DNA of 37,730 bases. Source: Candidatus Bipolaricaulota bacterium (lineage in GTDB: Bacteria > Bipolaricaulota > Bipolaricaulia > UBA7950 > UBA9294). The stretch covers positions 1 to 37,730 of the forward strand of contig WFSM01000027.1 of NCBI GenBank assembly GCA_015485945.1, written 5' to 3'. The notes beneath the pieces were generated by a model that ran no database searches, was not told the DNA's origin, and worked only from the letters and a program-made list of their open reading frames with translations. A program made the position numbers and the translations under genes. Shown here in pieces: positions 23,844-34,330 of this stretch. Each line of letters starts with the position of its first letter. Position 1 is the stretch's first letter.

Positions 23844-24262
23844 CAATTGCGATCGGTGCTGACCATGCCGGATTCGTCCTCAAACAAACGTTGATCGGCT
23901 CAGTGCTGTCCGACTGTCATGTTATCGACCTCGGGACTGACTCCCCCACGCCGGTCGATTATCCGGATGTTGCCAAGCGGGTAGCGGCAGTGGTCGCGGC
24001 CGGGAAAGCAGATTTTGGGGTACTGATTTGCGGCACCGGGATCGGAATGTCGATGGCGGCCGGGAAAATACGGGGAATCCGCGCTGCCCGCTGCACCGAG
24101 CCGGTGTCGGCCGAACTCAGCCGTCGCCACAACGACGCAAACGTTCTGTGTTTGGGCGCGCGAATAACCGGGGTGGAGTTAGCGAAGAAGACGTTAGAGG
24201 TGTGGCTGACCACTTCGTTTGATGGGGGACGACACGCCCGCCGGGTGGGAAAGATCGAATAA
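23822..24262 (+). CDS. rpiB: Ribose-5-phosphate isomerase B
   Basis: [14 protein letters not shown]..., [14 protein letters not shown] and [12 protein letters not shown]. These are RpiB/LacAB family motifs. Confidence 0.9.
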   Translation: MADKKDLTIAIGADHAGFVLKQTLIGSVLSDCHVIDLGTDSPTPVDYPDVAKRVAAVVAAGKADFGVLICGTGIGMSMAAGKIRGIRAARCTEPVSAELSRRHNDANVLCLGARITGVELAKKTLEVWLTTSFDGGRHARRVGKIE

Positions 24263-24281
24263 CGCGCGCGGGCCGGGATAG

Positions 24282-25283
24282 ATGATAATCCATTGGGTCA
24301 CTTTTCTAATTGCATCCGCGGCGATCGTCGTTGCGGGGACTAAACTTGCGGTGTACGGAGAAACGATCGGCGCGCACACCGGGATCGGACAGGGATGGAT
24401 CGGCCTCATCTTTCTCGCCGTCATCACCTCGATTCCCGAGCTCACGACCACGGTCACCGGCGCCACGATCGACGCCCCGAACATATCGGTGGGAAACGCG
24501 CTTGGAAGCAATTTATTCAACGTGGCGATCATTGCGGTGATGGACATTCTTCTCCTCGGGCGCGGGCCGTTCCTGCGGCGGGTGCACACGTATCACGTCG
24601 CCAGCGGAGGAATGGCGATCTTGCTCACTGTGTTCGCATTGCTGGGGATCTTCCTTCCTCAACCCGGATGGGGCATCCCGATCAGTCCGGTCAGTATCCT
24701 CATCATCGTCGGTTATCTGTTTGGCGTGTTCATCCTGTATCGTGCCGAACAACGGTTGAACGAACCGGAACCTGCGGCAACGACCGCGACGATCTCCCTG
24801 CGACACGCGGTCATCGGATTCAGCGTGTGTGCAGCGGTGATCATCACCGCGGGAGTGTTTCTTATCTACGCGAGCAAGGCGATCTCGATCGAAACCGGGC
24901 TGTCCGCGTCGGTTATCGGTGCGATCCTGGTGGCAATTGTTACATCTCTCCCGGAATTGTCCACCTCGATTGGGGCGCTGCGTATTGGGGCATATGACAT
25001 GATCGTAGGAAATCTGTTCGGATCGAATATGTTTAATATTTTAACGATCGCGTTCGCCGATATCGCGTTCACCAAGGGGCCGATCTACAGTGCCCTTGGC
25101 ACCGGGCGTAATGAGCAACTTCTCGTTGGCACGCTTGGCATTGGGATCACAACGGTGGCTATCATCGGGATCGGAGCGCGGTCCAACCGCCGCGTGTTGG
25201 GAATGGGAGTGGACGCTGCCCTGCTCCTGGTTTGTTACTTAGCAAGCGCTTATTTGATTATTGCGCACGGAATTCATCTTTGA
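24282..25283 (+). CDS. CaCA-family cation/Ca2+ exchanger (YrbG-like)
   Basis: Polytopic membrane protein with both alpha-repeats, GNALGSNLFNVAI and GNLFGSNMFNILTI. Confidence 0.85.
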   Translation: MIIHWVTFLIASAAIVVAGTKLAVYGETIGAHTGIGQGWIGLIFLAVITSIPELTTTVTGATIDAPNISVGNALGSNLFNVAIIAVMDILLLGRGPFLRRVHTYHVASGGMAILLTVFALLGIFLPQPGWGIPISPVSILIIVGYLFGVFILYRAEQRLNEPEPAATTATISLRHAVIGFSVCAAVIITAGVFLIYASKAISIETGLSASVIGAILVAIVTSLPELSTSIGALRIGAYDMIVGNLFGSNMFNILTIAFADIAFTKGPIYSALGTGRNEQLLVGTLGIGITTVAIIGIGARSNRRVLGMGVDAALLLVCYLASAYLIIAHGIHL

Positions 25284-25294
25284 GGTGATACAAA

Positions 25295-26545
25295 ATGGAA
25301 ATTACACAACTATCGTTAATGAATATCGACTCGCTGCAAAAGCTGGCGAAAAAAGTTAACGTCCAAAACGGGAACCATATGGCGAAACGCGATCTCCTGC
25401 GCGCAGTGATGGAATACTTCGCCAAGCGCAACGATCTTTACTTTGAGGATGGGGTGCTGGAAATTCTCCCGGATGGATATGGATTTTTGCGCAACGGTAC
25501 GAGTCTGCCTGGGCGCAACGACATCTACGTGTCACCGTCGCAGATCAAGCGGTTCCGACTGCGCGATGGAGACGCGATTACCGGGCTTATTCGCGCGCCC
25601 AAGAATGACGAGCGTTACTTTGCGTTACTCAAGGTGGAGAAGGTCAACGGCCGTGCTCCCGAGGAGGCATACCGCCGTCCCGAATTCCACGAGCTCACTC
25701 CCCTGCACCCCAATGAACAGATCAAGCTTGAGCACGATCCAAACGAGATTTCGACTCGGATCATCGATCTGTTCTGCCCTGTCGGGAAAGGGCAACGCGG
25801 GTTGATCGTGTCCCCTCCCAAAGCGGGAAAGACAACTCTGCTCAAGCAAATTGCAGCCGGGATTAATGCCAACTATCCCGATATCAAACTACTGGTGTTG
25901 CTCGTCGACGAGCGTCCGGAGGAAGTGACCGATTTCCGCCGTTCCCTCAAGAAGGGAGAAGTGATCGCTGCCACGTTCGATCTGGAACCGCGCCATCACA
26001 CCCGTATTGCCGAGCTTGTCACCAACCGTGCCAAGCGGATGGTGGAGATGGGGCAGGACGTGGTGATCCTGATGGATTCGATCACCCGGCTGGCGCGGGC
26101 GTACAACCTGTCGGTCGCTCCGTCCGGCAAACTCCTGTCTGGGGGAATGGATCCGACCGCGCTGTACAAACCGAAGGAATTTTTTGGTGCGGCCCGCAAC
26201 ATCGAAGAAGGGGGAAGCCTGACGATTATCGCCACCGCGCTCGTCGACACTGGGAGCAAGCTCGACCAAGTGGTGTTCGAGGAGTTCAAGGGGACAGGTA
26301 ACATGGAGCTTATCCTTGATCGTTCGTTGTCCAACAAACGCATTTACCCGGCGATCGACATTGAGCAATCCGGCACCCGTAAAGAGGAACTGCTTCTGCC
26401 GGAGAAGGTATTGAATCGGGTGTGGATTCTGCGTAAGATGATGGGTGGGCTTAATGATCCCCAGGCGGCGTTGGAGCTCGTAAAGAGCAAGATGGAGGCA
26501 ACGAAGGATAACGAACAGTTCCTCGAGTTGATGAACAGTGACTGA
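25295..26545 (+). CDS. rho: Transcription termination factor Rho
   Basis: [31 protein letters not shown], the P-loop [10 protein letters not shown], and [10 protein letters not shown]. Confidence 0.95.
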   Translation: MEITQLSLMNIDSLQKLAKKVNVQNGNHMAKRDLLRAVMEYFAKRNDLYFEDGVLEILPDGYGFLRNGTSLPGRNDIYVSPSQIKRFRLRDGDAITGLIRAPKNDERYFALLKVEKVNGRAPEEAYRRPEFHELTPLHPNEQIKLEHDPNEISTRIIDLFCPVGKGQRGLIVSPPKAGKTTLLKQIAAGINANYPDIKLLVLLVDERPEEVTDFRRSLKKGEVIAATFDLEPRHHTRIAELVTNRAKRMVEMGQDVVILMDSITRLARAYNLSVAPSGKLLSGGMDPTALYKPKEFFGAARNIEEGGSLTIIATALVDTGSKLDQVVFEEFKGTGNMELILDRSLSNKRIYPAIDIEQSGTRKEELLLPEKVLNRVWILRKMMGGLNDPQAALELVKSKMEATKDNEQFLELMNSD

Positions 26546-27533
26546 GAAAAAGCCGATCCGCAAAGACCGTGTGACGATCGCAGTGCTTGTCGTCCTCGCG
26601 GCGATTCTCATTCCGGTTTTACTTCACTCCGGCGGGAAGGCTCCCACTCCGACAGTGGTCGTGGAACAGCCGGCGACAACGACCCCGACACAGCCGACCA
26701 CTACAACGCCAACAACGACGAATCCAACGACCACCGGCGGGACCACAACTCCAACGACGCAACCGGCAGCTTCCACCCCCGCTGCGACGACGAAATCATC
26801 CCCGCTCCTTACCCACACTGTGGCCGCGGGAGAGACACTGTCCCAGATTGCAGCGCGCATGGGAGTGACGGTGGATCAGCTGATGGCGGACAACCGCATC
26901 TATTCGTCTCAGGGCATCAAACCAGGGCAGGTCCTGCATGCAGTCAAGGATGGTATTCTGGAGTTTGTTAAGCCCGGGCAGACCCTGACCGACATCTCGA
27001 TTACTTATTCCGTCCCGGTGGAGAAGATTGTGGACGCGAATAACATCACCGATCCGTCGAAGATCTACGCCGGCGAGGAGATCATTGTTCCCGGCGCGAC
27101 TCCGGCACTGTGGCAGGAAGTAATCAAGCTGTCCAAAGGCAAGCAATCGCAGTTTATCTGGCCGGTGTTGGGAAAGATCACGTCCGGGTTCGGATGGCGG
27201 ATCCATCCCGTATTGAAGACGCGCCAGTTTCATAACGGGATCGATATCGATGTTCCGGTGGGAACGACCGTGCACGCCGCTGCGCCGGGCAAGGTGTATT
27301 TCGTTGGGACGCAAGAAGGAATCGGCAATGTTGTGATCCTTGCTCACGCAAATAACTACTACACGCTGTACGGGCATCTGTCCAAGGCGCTTGTGTACAC
27401 CGGCCAGTTTGTGGACGCCGGTCAACCGATCGCCGCATCGGGCAACACCGGAATCTCCAGCGGTCCGCATCTCCACTTCGAGATCCGCTACGGCGCGGAG
27501 TTCCCTGTTGACCCCACGCGTTACCTCCCGTAG
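26538..27533 (+). CDS. LysM-domain M23 family metallopeptidase (murein endopeptidase-like)
   Basis: Membrane anchor, a Thr/Pro-rich linker and two LysM repeats (HTVAAGETLSQIAARMG..., VKPGQTLTDISITYS...). M23 motifs are HNGIDIDVPVGTTVHAAAPG and GPHLHFEI. The GTG start overlaps the rho end. Confidence 0.9.
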   Translation: MTEKKPIRKDRVTIAVLVVLAAILIPVLLHSGGKAPTPTVVVEQPATTTPTQPTTTTPTTTNPTTTGGTTTPTTQPAASTPAATTKSSPLLTHTVAAGETLSQIAARMGVTVDQLMADNRIYSSQGIKPGQVLHAVKDGILEFVKPGQTLTDISITYSVPVEKIVDANNITDPSKIYAGEEIIVPGATPALWQEVIKLSKGKQSQFIWPVLGKITSGFGWRIHPVLKTRQFHNGIDIDVPVGTTVHAAAPGKVYFVGTQEGIGNVVILAHANNYYTLYGHLSKALVYTGQFVDAGQPIAASGNTGISSGPHLHFEIRYGAEFPVDPTRYLP

Positions 27534-27537
27534 GTAA

Positions 27538-28782
27538 ATGCACCTTTCAATTCGCGGAGGAACTACACTATCTGGCACTGTGCCGATCGCAGGGGCAAAG
27601 AACGCCGTATTGCCCGGGTGTGCGGCGTCGCTCCTCACCGATGAACCGGTGATCATCCATCGCGTCCCCCGGTTGCGCGACGTAGCTACGATCATCGCCG
27701 TGATCTCCGAATTGGGCAAGGACGTGGAATACCGCGACGATACGATTGTCATTCGTCACGGCGCGCCCCTGCACTCCCAAGCAGCGCGGCGGTACGTGGA
27801 GCAGATGCGAGCGTCATTCCTCGTGCTTGGCCCCATCCTCGCCCGACTTGGGCGCGCGATCGTCCCCTTGCCCGGCGGGTGCACGATCGGCCCCCGCCCG
27901 GTGGATTACCATCTGCAGGGGTTGTCGGCACTGGGAGCACGCGTCAAGGACGGGATGGACCGGGTAGTGCTGACTGCAGACGAACTGCGCGGGGCACGGT
28001 TCCGGCTGCCGTACCCGTCCGTCGGGGCCACCGAACAGCTCCTGATGGCCGCGGCGCTCGCCAGTGGAGAAACAGTGATTGAAAATCCGGCTCGGGAGCC
28101 GGAGGTATTCGACCTTGTTTCTCTTCTCACCCAGATGGGAGCAAATATCGAGGCTGATCAGGACGTGTTTCGCGTTCGCGGGCGGACCGAACTCGGCGGT
28201 GGCGAGCACACCGTTATTCCCGACCGGCTTGAGGCGGGCACGTACCTGATCGCGGGTGCGATTACCGCCGGGACGGTGACGGTCACTGATGTCCGTCCCG
28301 ATGACCTCACCGCTGTTGTCGCTGCGCTCGGCGAATCCGGGGTTCACGTTGCAGTCGCCGATGACGCAATTACGGTGGACGGGAACGACCGCCCGCGGCC
28401 GATCACGATTACGACCGCGCCTTATCCCGGATTTCCCACCGATCTCCAGCCGCCGCTCGTCGCTCTCCTCGCGCGGGCTGACGGGGAAAGCGTGGTACGG
28501 GATACAGTATTCCCGACGCGGTTTGGATACGTCGCGGCCCTTAATAGAATGGGGGCAAAGATCGCTGTTTCTACTGGTGCGGCGCGTATCACCGGGGTGG
28601 ACGGGCTGACGGGGACTGATCTCACCGCGCCCGACATTCGCGCTGGCGCCGCGTTGGTCCTTGCCGCGCTCACCGCCGACGGGGAAAGCACGATCACCGG
28701 CGTTGATCAGATCGACCGTGGGTACACAGAGATTGAACGCAAACTGCAAAAATTGGGGGCGAAGATTGACAGACGCGATTAA
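27538..28782 (+). CDS. murA: UDP-N-acetylglucosamine 1-carboxyvinyltransferase
   Basis: IRGGTTLSGTVPIAGAKNAVLP and LPGGCTIGPRPVDYHL. The active-site Cys is retained. Confidence 0.95.
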   Translation: MHLSIRGGTTLSGTVPIAGAKNAVLPGCAASLLTDEPVIIHRVPRLRDVATIIAVISELGKDVEYRDDTIVIRHGAPLHSQAARRYVEQMRASFLVLGPILARLGRAIVPLPGGCTIGPRPVDYHLQGLSALGARVKDGMDRVVLTADELRGARFRLPYPSVGATEQLLMAAALASGETVIENPAREPEVFDLVSLLTQMGANIEADQDVFRVRGRTELGGGEHTVIPDRLEAGTYLIAGAITAGTVTVTDVRPDDLTAVVAALGESGVHVAVADDAITVDGNDRPRPITITTAPYPGFPTDLQPPLVALLARADGESVVRDTVFPTRFGYVAALNRMGAKIAVSTGAARITGVDGLTGTDLTAPDIRAGAALVLAALTADGESTITGVDQIDRGYTEIERKLQKLGAKIDRRD

Positions 28783-30079
28783 TTTCACCGAAGACTACAC
28801 TGGGAAACGGGCACGCGTTTACGGGGAGGAACGAGCGATTCTCGTCGCCGTCGCCCGCTCCGTCGGTCAGGGCGAGGACTCACTGCGCGAGCTGGAATCG
28901 CTCGCCGCCACCGCCGGTCTCACGGTTGTTGCCGTCATCGCCCAAACCCGGTTCCGCCCTGACCCCGCCACCGTGATCGGCAAGGGCAAAGTGGAGGAAG
29001 TGGCGACCGCAGCGCGCGCCCTCGATGCGGATGTCATCGTGATTGACCGCGAGCTCACCCCGGGGCAGGGGCGCAACCTTGAGGAACGGACAGGCTGCAA
29101 GGTAATTGACCGCACTCAGTTGATCCTGGACATCTTTGCCCAACACGCTGCGACTAAGGAGGCGCGTCTCCAGGTGGAGCTGGCGCAATTGCGTTACTTG
29201 CTCCCACGCCTACGTGGATGGGGAGAGGCCCTCACCCGGATCGGCGGTGGGATCGGGACACGCGGTCCCGGCGAGACCAAACTTGCCCTCGACCGCAAGA
29301 AGATCACCCGTCGCATCCACACAATCGAACGGCGGTTAGAAAAAGCCGGATCAGAACGAGAGACACGGCGAGCACGCCGCACGCGCGGCGACATCCCGCG
29401 AATTGCGATCGTTGGTTATACCAATTCCGGCAAGTCGACCCTGCTCAACCGGCTGTGCACCGCTGACTTGAAGGTGGAAGACAAGCTGTTCGCCACCCTC
29501 ACCACCGCAGTGCGACGCGGTGAGCTTGCGTCGGGGCGAATTGGACTGTTTATCGACACCGTCGGTTTTATCCGTGATCTTCCCCATCACTTGATTCCCG
29601 CGTTTTCGTCCACGTTGGAGGCAGCGGCGGCAGCCGACCTCATTCTCCACGTTACCGATGCCGCGAGCCCAAATCGGGACGCCGAATATCGCGCAGTGCG
29701 CGCCACTCTCGCCGATCAGGTGTTTCACGGCGAGACTGATGTGCCCCCAATCCTAAATGTGTGGAACAAGATTGACCTGCTATCCCCGGCCACGGCGCCG
29801 CCGGCGGACGGAGTAGCGATTTCTGCCCTCAACGGTGCCGGGCTTGCCGGCCTCCGTGCCCGCATGTGCACGCTGCTCGATCAATCCCGAACCCAAGTGC
29901 GCCTGTTCATCCCGTACCGCGCCCTCACTTTGTTCCATCGATTGGTCGGGACCGGAGGGAGCATCGACTATCAGCCCACTGGGATTGAAACATGTATCGC
30001 TCTGTCTCCGGCGGCATTAGCGCAACTGCGCGATGCCGGCGCTCGGATTCTTACCGCTACCTCCGATCGGGAACAATAA
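28766..30079 (+). CDS. hflX: GTPase HflX
   Basis: ERAILVAV..., the HflX N-domain QVELAQLRYLLPRL, and the G1 motif VGYTNSGKSTLLNRL. There is no ATG near the homologous N-terminus. I propose TTG 28766 after GGGGG; the track ATG 28661 lies deep inside murA. Confidence 0.85.
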   Translation: MTDAINFTEDYTGKRARVYGEERAILVAVARSVGQGEDSLRELESLAATAGLTVVAVIAQTRFRPDPATVIGKGKVEEVATAARALDADVIVIDRELTPGQGRNLEERTGCKVIDRTQLILDIFAQHAATKEARLQVELAQLRYLLPRLRGWGEALTRIGGGIGTRGPGETKLALDRKKITRRIHTIERRLEKAGSERETRRARRTRGDIPRIAIVGYTNSGKSTLLNRLCTADLKVEDKLFATLTTAVRRGELASGRIGLFIDTVGFIRDLPHHLIPAFSSTLEAAAAADLILHVTDAASPNRDAEYRAVRATLADQVFHGETDVPPILNVWNKIDLLSPATAPPADGVAISALNGAGLAGLRARMCTLLDQSRTQVRLFIPYRALTLFHRLVGTGGSIDYQPTGIETCIALSPAALAQLRDAGARILTATSDREQ

Positions 30080-30866
30080 CCTCCACTTCGGTCGGCGCTA
30101 CCTCTAACCGTTCATTGTTGTCAGTGAGGATAGTGATCGTGTGATGAAAGATATTGTGTGATATTACTTTACCGCGGCGCTTGCCATACGTCACACGCGT
30201 TCCCAACTTCGGCATTTTTGCGATCTCGCGTTTGTACATCCCGTGCTCGTAGGCAAGGCAGCACATCAGCCGGCCGCAGATTCCGGTAATCCGCTCCGGT
30301 GACACGAACAATTCCTGATCATAGGCGATCTCCATCGGAATTGACGGCGGTTCGCGCAGAAATGAGTGGCAGCACACGATACGACCACAGCGCCCGATTC
30401 CGCCCTTGATTTTGGCTTCGTCGCGCGCTCCCATCTGCCGCAGCTCGATGCGGGTGCTGAATACAGCGGCGAGCTCCCGCAGCAGTGCTCGAAAGTCGAC
30501 GCGATGAGGCGCGGTGAAGTAGATGCGAAGGTGCGACCGGTCGAGGGTGTATTCGGCTGCGACTAAGTGCATTGGCAAGCTGTGGCGGGAAACGATCTCC
30601 CGCGTTGACGACAGCACTTGGTCCGCTTCCTGGAGGTTGCGGGCGTACGCCGTGAGATCGTCGGTACCGGCGGGACGGACCACGCGGTCGAGGTGCTCAC
30701 CGAGCCCGGCGCCGGCATCGAGAAGGTTGAGCACCATTCCCATCTGCAGCCCGTTGTGATCGACAACGCATCTGTCCCCGGGAGCAAGTGCGATCCCGGC
30801 GGCCGAGAAGTACTCAGTGTCGCGTTCCAAGTTAAATACTCGCACCAATACAACCCGCTCATTCAT
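30057..30866 (-). CDS. ricT: PSP1-domain protein RicT (YaaT)
   Basis: PSP1 C-terminal domain with the cysteine cluster CGRIVCCHSF...ICGRLMCCLAYEH. It occupies the classical position downstream of holB. Confidence 0.85.
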   Translation of the reverse strand: MNERVVLVRVFNLERDTEYFSAAGIALAPGDRCVVDHNGLQMGMVLNLLDAGAGLGEHLDRVVRPAGTDDLTAYARNLQEADQVLSSTREIVSRHSLPMHLVAAEYTLDRSHLRIYFTAPHRVDFRALLRELAAVFSTRIELRQMGARDEAKIKGGIGRCGRIVCCHSFLREPPSIPMEIAYDQELFVSPERITGICGRLMCCLAYEHGMYKREIAKMPKLGTRVTYGKRRGKVISHNIFHHTITILTDNNERLEVAPTEVEVIVPDRR

Positions 30867-31848
30867 CGGCGATTACCCCCGCAATCGTAAGAAATAGCCA
30901 CAGCAACACAGGCTCCACCGGAGTATACCCGTCCACCGCGCGGCGTGCCTCCTCCACGGCATGTCCGATCACGATGAGCCGCTTCATCCCAAGGCGGCGG
31001 GCGATCGCAGCCGTCTCCGCATCCGGATATGCGGGCGGAAGCCCGGCCGCGGTGCGGAGCGTCGTGAATATAATGTGCTCCTCCAGCTCCAGAAAGGCGA
31101 TCATTTCGTCCCGTCCGCGCTTCGCCAGTGTGCGCGTCGTCGTGACGATCACGGCGGGGTCCCCGTCCACAATCCGCGCGAGCAGGACCACTCCCGCCTC
31201 GCGGGCGGTAATTCCGCCGCCAGTGACCAGGGCGCACAACTCGTCCGCGGTCGCCCTGTCAGCATGATCCCGTGCCGCTGCACGGCGCGCGGATACGTCC
31301 GCCACCGGTGCTGTTAGCAGCGATGCAATCTCCGATTCTGACAATACGTCCACCAGGTAGCGCGCGTCCACATCGGAATAACCGATCTCCAGCAACTGCG
31401 CGGCAACGGTGGCCATCGTTGGCGGCAGACGCACAATGCGGCTGCGGGAACGGATGGTGGGGAGAAGATCGCCGGGGTCGCGCACCATGATCACAAACGC
31501 GATGTACGGCGTCGGCTCCTCCAGCACTTTTAACAGCGCATTTTCCGCCTCCGGAGTGAGGGCTTCTCCATACGGGATCAGGCACACTTTGCGCTCCCCT
31601 TGTACCGGGGAAAACTGCCCCCGCCGGATTACATCGCGGATCTGATCGATTCCGATCTTCTCCTTGCCGGTTTTGGGAATGATCTCGAGCAGGTCCGGAT
31701 GAATTCCACGGTGGACAAGGTCAACCTGGTGGGCAGCAGCGCTAATCAGGGGAGCGGCGAGATGCCGGCCTATTTTGATGCGGGCTGCCCCGGAGGGAGC
31801 GATGACGATTGTTGCCCCGGCGGCGGTGAGAAGCATTCCTGTGTCCAT
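30859..31848 (-). CDS. holB: DNA polymerase III delta-prime subunit (degenerate P-loop)
   Basis: HPDLLEI...IGIDQIRDV...KVCLIPYGEALTPEAENALLKVLEEPTPYIAFV...TIRSRS. The N-terminal region APSGAARIKI replaces GxxGxGK, and no Zn module is seen. Confidence 0.75.
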   Translation of the reverse strand: MDTGMLLTAAGATIVIAPSGAARIKIGRHLAAPLISAAAHQVDLVHRGIHPDLLEIIPKTGKEKIGIDQIRDVIRRGQFSPVQGERKVCLIPYGEALTPEAENALLKVLEEPTPYIAFVIMVRDPGDLLPTIRSRSRIVRLPPTMATVAAQLLEIGYSDVDARYLVDVLSESEIASLLTAPVADVSARRAAARDHADRATADELCALVTGGGITAREAGVVLLARIVDGDPAVIVTTTRTLAKRGRDEMIAFLELEEHIIFTTLRTAAGLPPAYPDAETAAIARRLGMKRLIVIGHAVEEARRAVDGYTPVEPVLLWLFLTIAGVIADE

Positions 31849-31881
31849 GAAAAAAAGCGTATCACAAACTCACGGTGGCCG

Positions 31882-32370
31882 CTACCGAAACTGATCCTCG
31901 ATCAAGTCAGCAATCTCCTCAATTTGCCGCGGTGGAATCGTGGCCACCCCGTCGGGGAGGGCGACGTGCGCATCGGTGATCACCTCGATGACGTCGATCT
32001 CGCCGGCCAGGGGCTCGATTCGCGCTGCGCGGGGGGGATGATATACCTCAATCTTGGGGAACGGTCCGTGTTTGAATCCCTCAACAAGAACAAGGTCACA
32101 GTCCGGAAACGCTGCCGCGATCAGTCGTGTCAAGTTTTCCTCGGGATCGAAGAACAGTGCTGCCCCGTCCTCCCCGAGGAGGAGTGTGCGCGTCGCCCCG
32201 GCAAGGCGGTGGCGGGCGGAATCGGCGGTTGGATCGCCGTGCACCGCGACATGAGGTGCGTGCTTCACCGTACCCACGCGGTAGCCACGGTCCTGCAGCA
32301 CCGGAATCAGCGCTTCGATCAGCCGTGTCTTGCCCGCGTTCTTGTGGCCGATGATTGAAATCGCGTTCAC
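31882..32370 (-). CDS. mobB: Molybdopterin-guanine dinucleotide biosynthesis adapter protein MobB
   Basis: ISIIGHKNAGKTRLIEALIPVLQDRGYRVGTVKH. The GTG start overlaps the AOR TGA (GTGA). Confidence 0.85.
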   Translation of the reverse strand: MNAISIIGHKNAGKTRLIEALIPVLQDRGYRVGTVKHAPHVAVHGDPTADSARHRLAGATRTLLLGEDGAALFFDPEENLTRLIAAAFPDCDLVLVEGFKHGPFPKIEVYHPPRAARIEPLAGEIDVIEVITDAHVALPDGVATIPPRQIEEIADLIEDQFR

Positions 32371-34208
32371 CGGTTGATCACCCCGATGAGGTCGTCCATT
32401 CCCAGCCGGTGCAGTGTCGCGTCGGTAGGACCATAGCGGTCATACCCGCGCGCGCGGTAGTAATCGGCAATCGCCGTCTTCAACTCGTCGGGATCAACCG
32501 GCCGGCCGGCGCTCGCCCCGCGGGGGAGCGGTTCATGGAACCGGCGTGGAAGCCCGTCATGATCGATCGTGTATCCGGCACGGGCAGCGTGCAGGCGCAT
32601 CAGGGCGTAGTTACGCTCGCCAAAAATGAGCATGGATTGCGGGGAAACCTCAATTCCGATCACCGCAGTGAGGAGGTCCCTGATCTGAGGAAGATTGTAT
32701 TGCTTCCCCGTCGTGCTCACAGTGAACGCGCACATCACAAGCGAGTTGGTGAACGACCGCAGGTCCTCGTACACCTTTCCGATCTGTGGTTTGTCGAGCA
32801 GGGTGAACCGGTCGTACGGTTGATCGATCCCAAGCTCGGGTGTGGGATGATCCGTTTCGAGCATTGTATCGTGGATTCCCTCCATGTGCGTCGCCCCTCG
32901 CGGTGAGGTAGCGTAAGATAGACCGAGCGCCTGCTTGCCGCGCGGCTCGTGCATTGGGACTTCCACTCCCTTGATCGTCATCGCGAACTCGGCCCCGATG
33001 TTGGCGGCAAACGCAGCCACGCCGGCGGCAATGTCATTTCCGATTCCATCGCGGTGGGCGATCTTTTCCACGAGCTCGATGATCTTTTCCCCGTCCCCCC
33101 ACGGAATCCGCGCTTGGATCAGTCCCTGTTCCGCCGCCTCCATCACGGTAGCGATCGCCACTCCGGCGGAGATCGTGTCGAGGCCGTAATCGTTGCACAA
33201 TTGGTTGGCGAGGGAAATAACGCGGAGGTCGTTGTTCATGCACAGCGATCCGAACGCCGCCGCTGTCTCGTACTCCGGCCCGCCGAACCGGGGGTCGACT
33301 TTTCTCCCGCCGTACTCGGTTTCTACAACCCGTTTACACCGAACCGGGCAGCCGGCACACGTGCCACGCCTGACGAGAAGCGTGTCGTGCAGCCGCGCGC
33401 CGCTGATCTCATCTGCCTGATCGAACGTGCCCTCGCGGAAGTTCTTGGTAGGAAGGATTCCCCGTTCGGAGAGCCAGGTGAGCCCGTTGATCGTCCCATA
33501 TTCCCCGAATTGTTGTACATGTGGATCGAGGAGCGAGCGGGCGAACTCTGCCCGCAACTGTAGGAATCGATCGCGATTATGTACTGGCTTGTCTTGATTC
33601 CCGTGGACGACGATCGCCTTCAGATTCTTCGCGCCCATTACCGCGCCCAGCCCCGGCCGACCGGCGGCTCGGGTGACATCGTGCATGATGCACGCCATCT
33701 GTACCAGGTTCTCCCCCGCCGGGCCGATCGCTGCCACCCTCCCCCGTGGATGACGGGTACGTAAGGTTGCTTCGGTCTCTCCGACTCCCGTTCCCCACAG
33801 GTCATCGGCGGAATGAATCTCCACTTCCCCATTGATAAGGGAGACGTAGACAGGGTGCTCGGCCCGTCCCCGCACGATGATCCCGTCGTATCCGCTGCGG
33901 CCGAGCTCGTACCCGAAGAACCCACCGACATACGAGTCCGCGACCGCTCTTGTCTTTGGGGATAGAGAAAGGACGGCGTGCCGCCCGGCACCGGCGATGC
34001 CCGTCCCCTGAAACGGCCCGGTGGCGAACACGAGGACATTGTCCGGGGAAAGCGGATCCTCAGTTCCCGTCAGCTCGGCAAGCAGAATACGCGCGCCGAT
34101 TCCCCGTCCTCCGAGATAGAGTTCGTACCACCGTTCCGGGATCGCGTAGTCGGCAACTGTCCCGGTTGTGAGGTTGATATCCGCGTATTTCCCGAACGTT
34201 CCGTCCAT
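32367..34208 (-). CDS. aor: Tungsten-type aldehyde:ferredoxin oxidoreductase (AOR family)
   Basis: FGKYADINLTTGTVADYAIPERWYELYLGGRGIGARIL is the AOR N-domain. GCPVRC (a cluster Cys region) and the large C-terminal AFOR domain are present. The start was moved to ATG 34208, 4 nt after AGAGGTGA; the track start is 34235. Confidence 0.9.
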   Translation of the reverse strand: MDGTFGKYADINLTTGTVADYAIPERWYELYLGGRGIGARILLAELTGTEDPLSPDNVLVFATGPFQGTGIAGAGRHAVLSLSPKTRAVADSYVGGFFGYELGRSGYDGIIVRGRAEHPVYVSLINGEVEIHSADDLWGTGVGETEATLRTRHPRGRVAAIGPAGENLVQMACIMHDVTRAAGRPGLGAVMGAKNLKAIVVHGNQDKPVHNRDRFLQLRAEFARSLLDPHVQQFGEYGTINGLTWLSERGILPTKNFREGTFDQADEISGARLHDTLLVRRGTCAGCPVRCKRVVETEYGGRKVDPRFGGPEYETAAAFGSLCMNNDLRVISLANQLCNDYGLDTISAGVAIATVMEAAEQGLIQARIPWGDGEKIIELVEKIAHRDGIGNDIAAGVAAFAANIGAEFAMTIKGVEVPMHEPRGKQALGLSYATSPRGATHMEGIHDTMLETDHPTPELGIDQPYDRFTLLDKPQIGKVYEDLRSFTNSLVMCAFTVSTTGKQYNLPQIRDLLTAVIGIEVSPQSMLIFGERNYALMRLHAARAGYTIDHDGLPRRFHEPLPRGASAGRPVDPDELKTAIADYYRARGYDRYGPTDATLHRLGMDDLIGVINR

Positions 34209-34330
34209 CAGTTCACCTCTTTCGCTATTATCCATCCATTTTATGGCGTACGCCTCCGTTCTACCAGGTTGCAGCCCGCCGTCGATTCCCTGAAAATTAT
34301 AATAATCGAAAGTCCAAGTGAGGTGTACCT

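Noticed and set aside
26660-26800. ACC/ACG/CCG-rich repetitive DNA that looked like a tandem repeat.
   Set aside because: It encodes the Thr/Pro-rich linker (PTTTTPTQPTTTTPTTTNPTTTGGTTTPTT) of the LysM-M23 peptidase. It is a low-complexity coding region, not a repeat element or CRISPR.
27814-28788. 324-aa minus-strand ORF, together with similar long antisense ORFs at 26796..27752, 25889..26611, 35198..36043, 7172..8092, 18323..18949, 4489..5217 and 1321..1932.
   Set aside because: Each lies antisense to a gene with unmistakable family motifs (murA, M23 peptidase, rho, acyl-CoA ligases, the NapH-like gene, gltX, the amidohydrolase). They have Arg/Gly/Pro-rich low-complexity translations. I treat them as GC-driven open frames, not genes.
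31849-31881. A T7 run (minus strand, 31856-31850) between mobB and holB, considered as a terminator.
   Set aside because: No stable GC-rich stem precedes the U-run. It is more likely just the AT-rich spacer before the holB start.
34236-34330. TATAAT (within AAATTATAATAATC) in the AOR / acyl-CoA ligase divergent region, considered as a promoter for either strand.
   Set aside because: I could not find an acceptable -35 box at 16-18 nt on either strand, and there is no TG extension. It is left unannotated.
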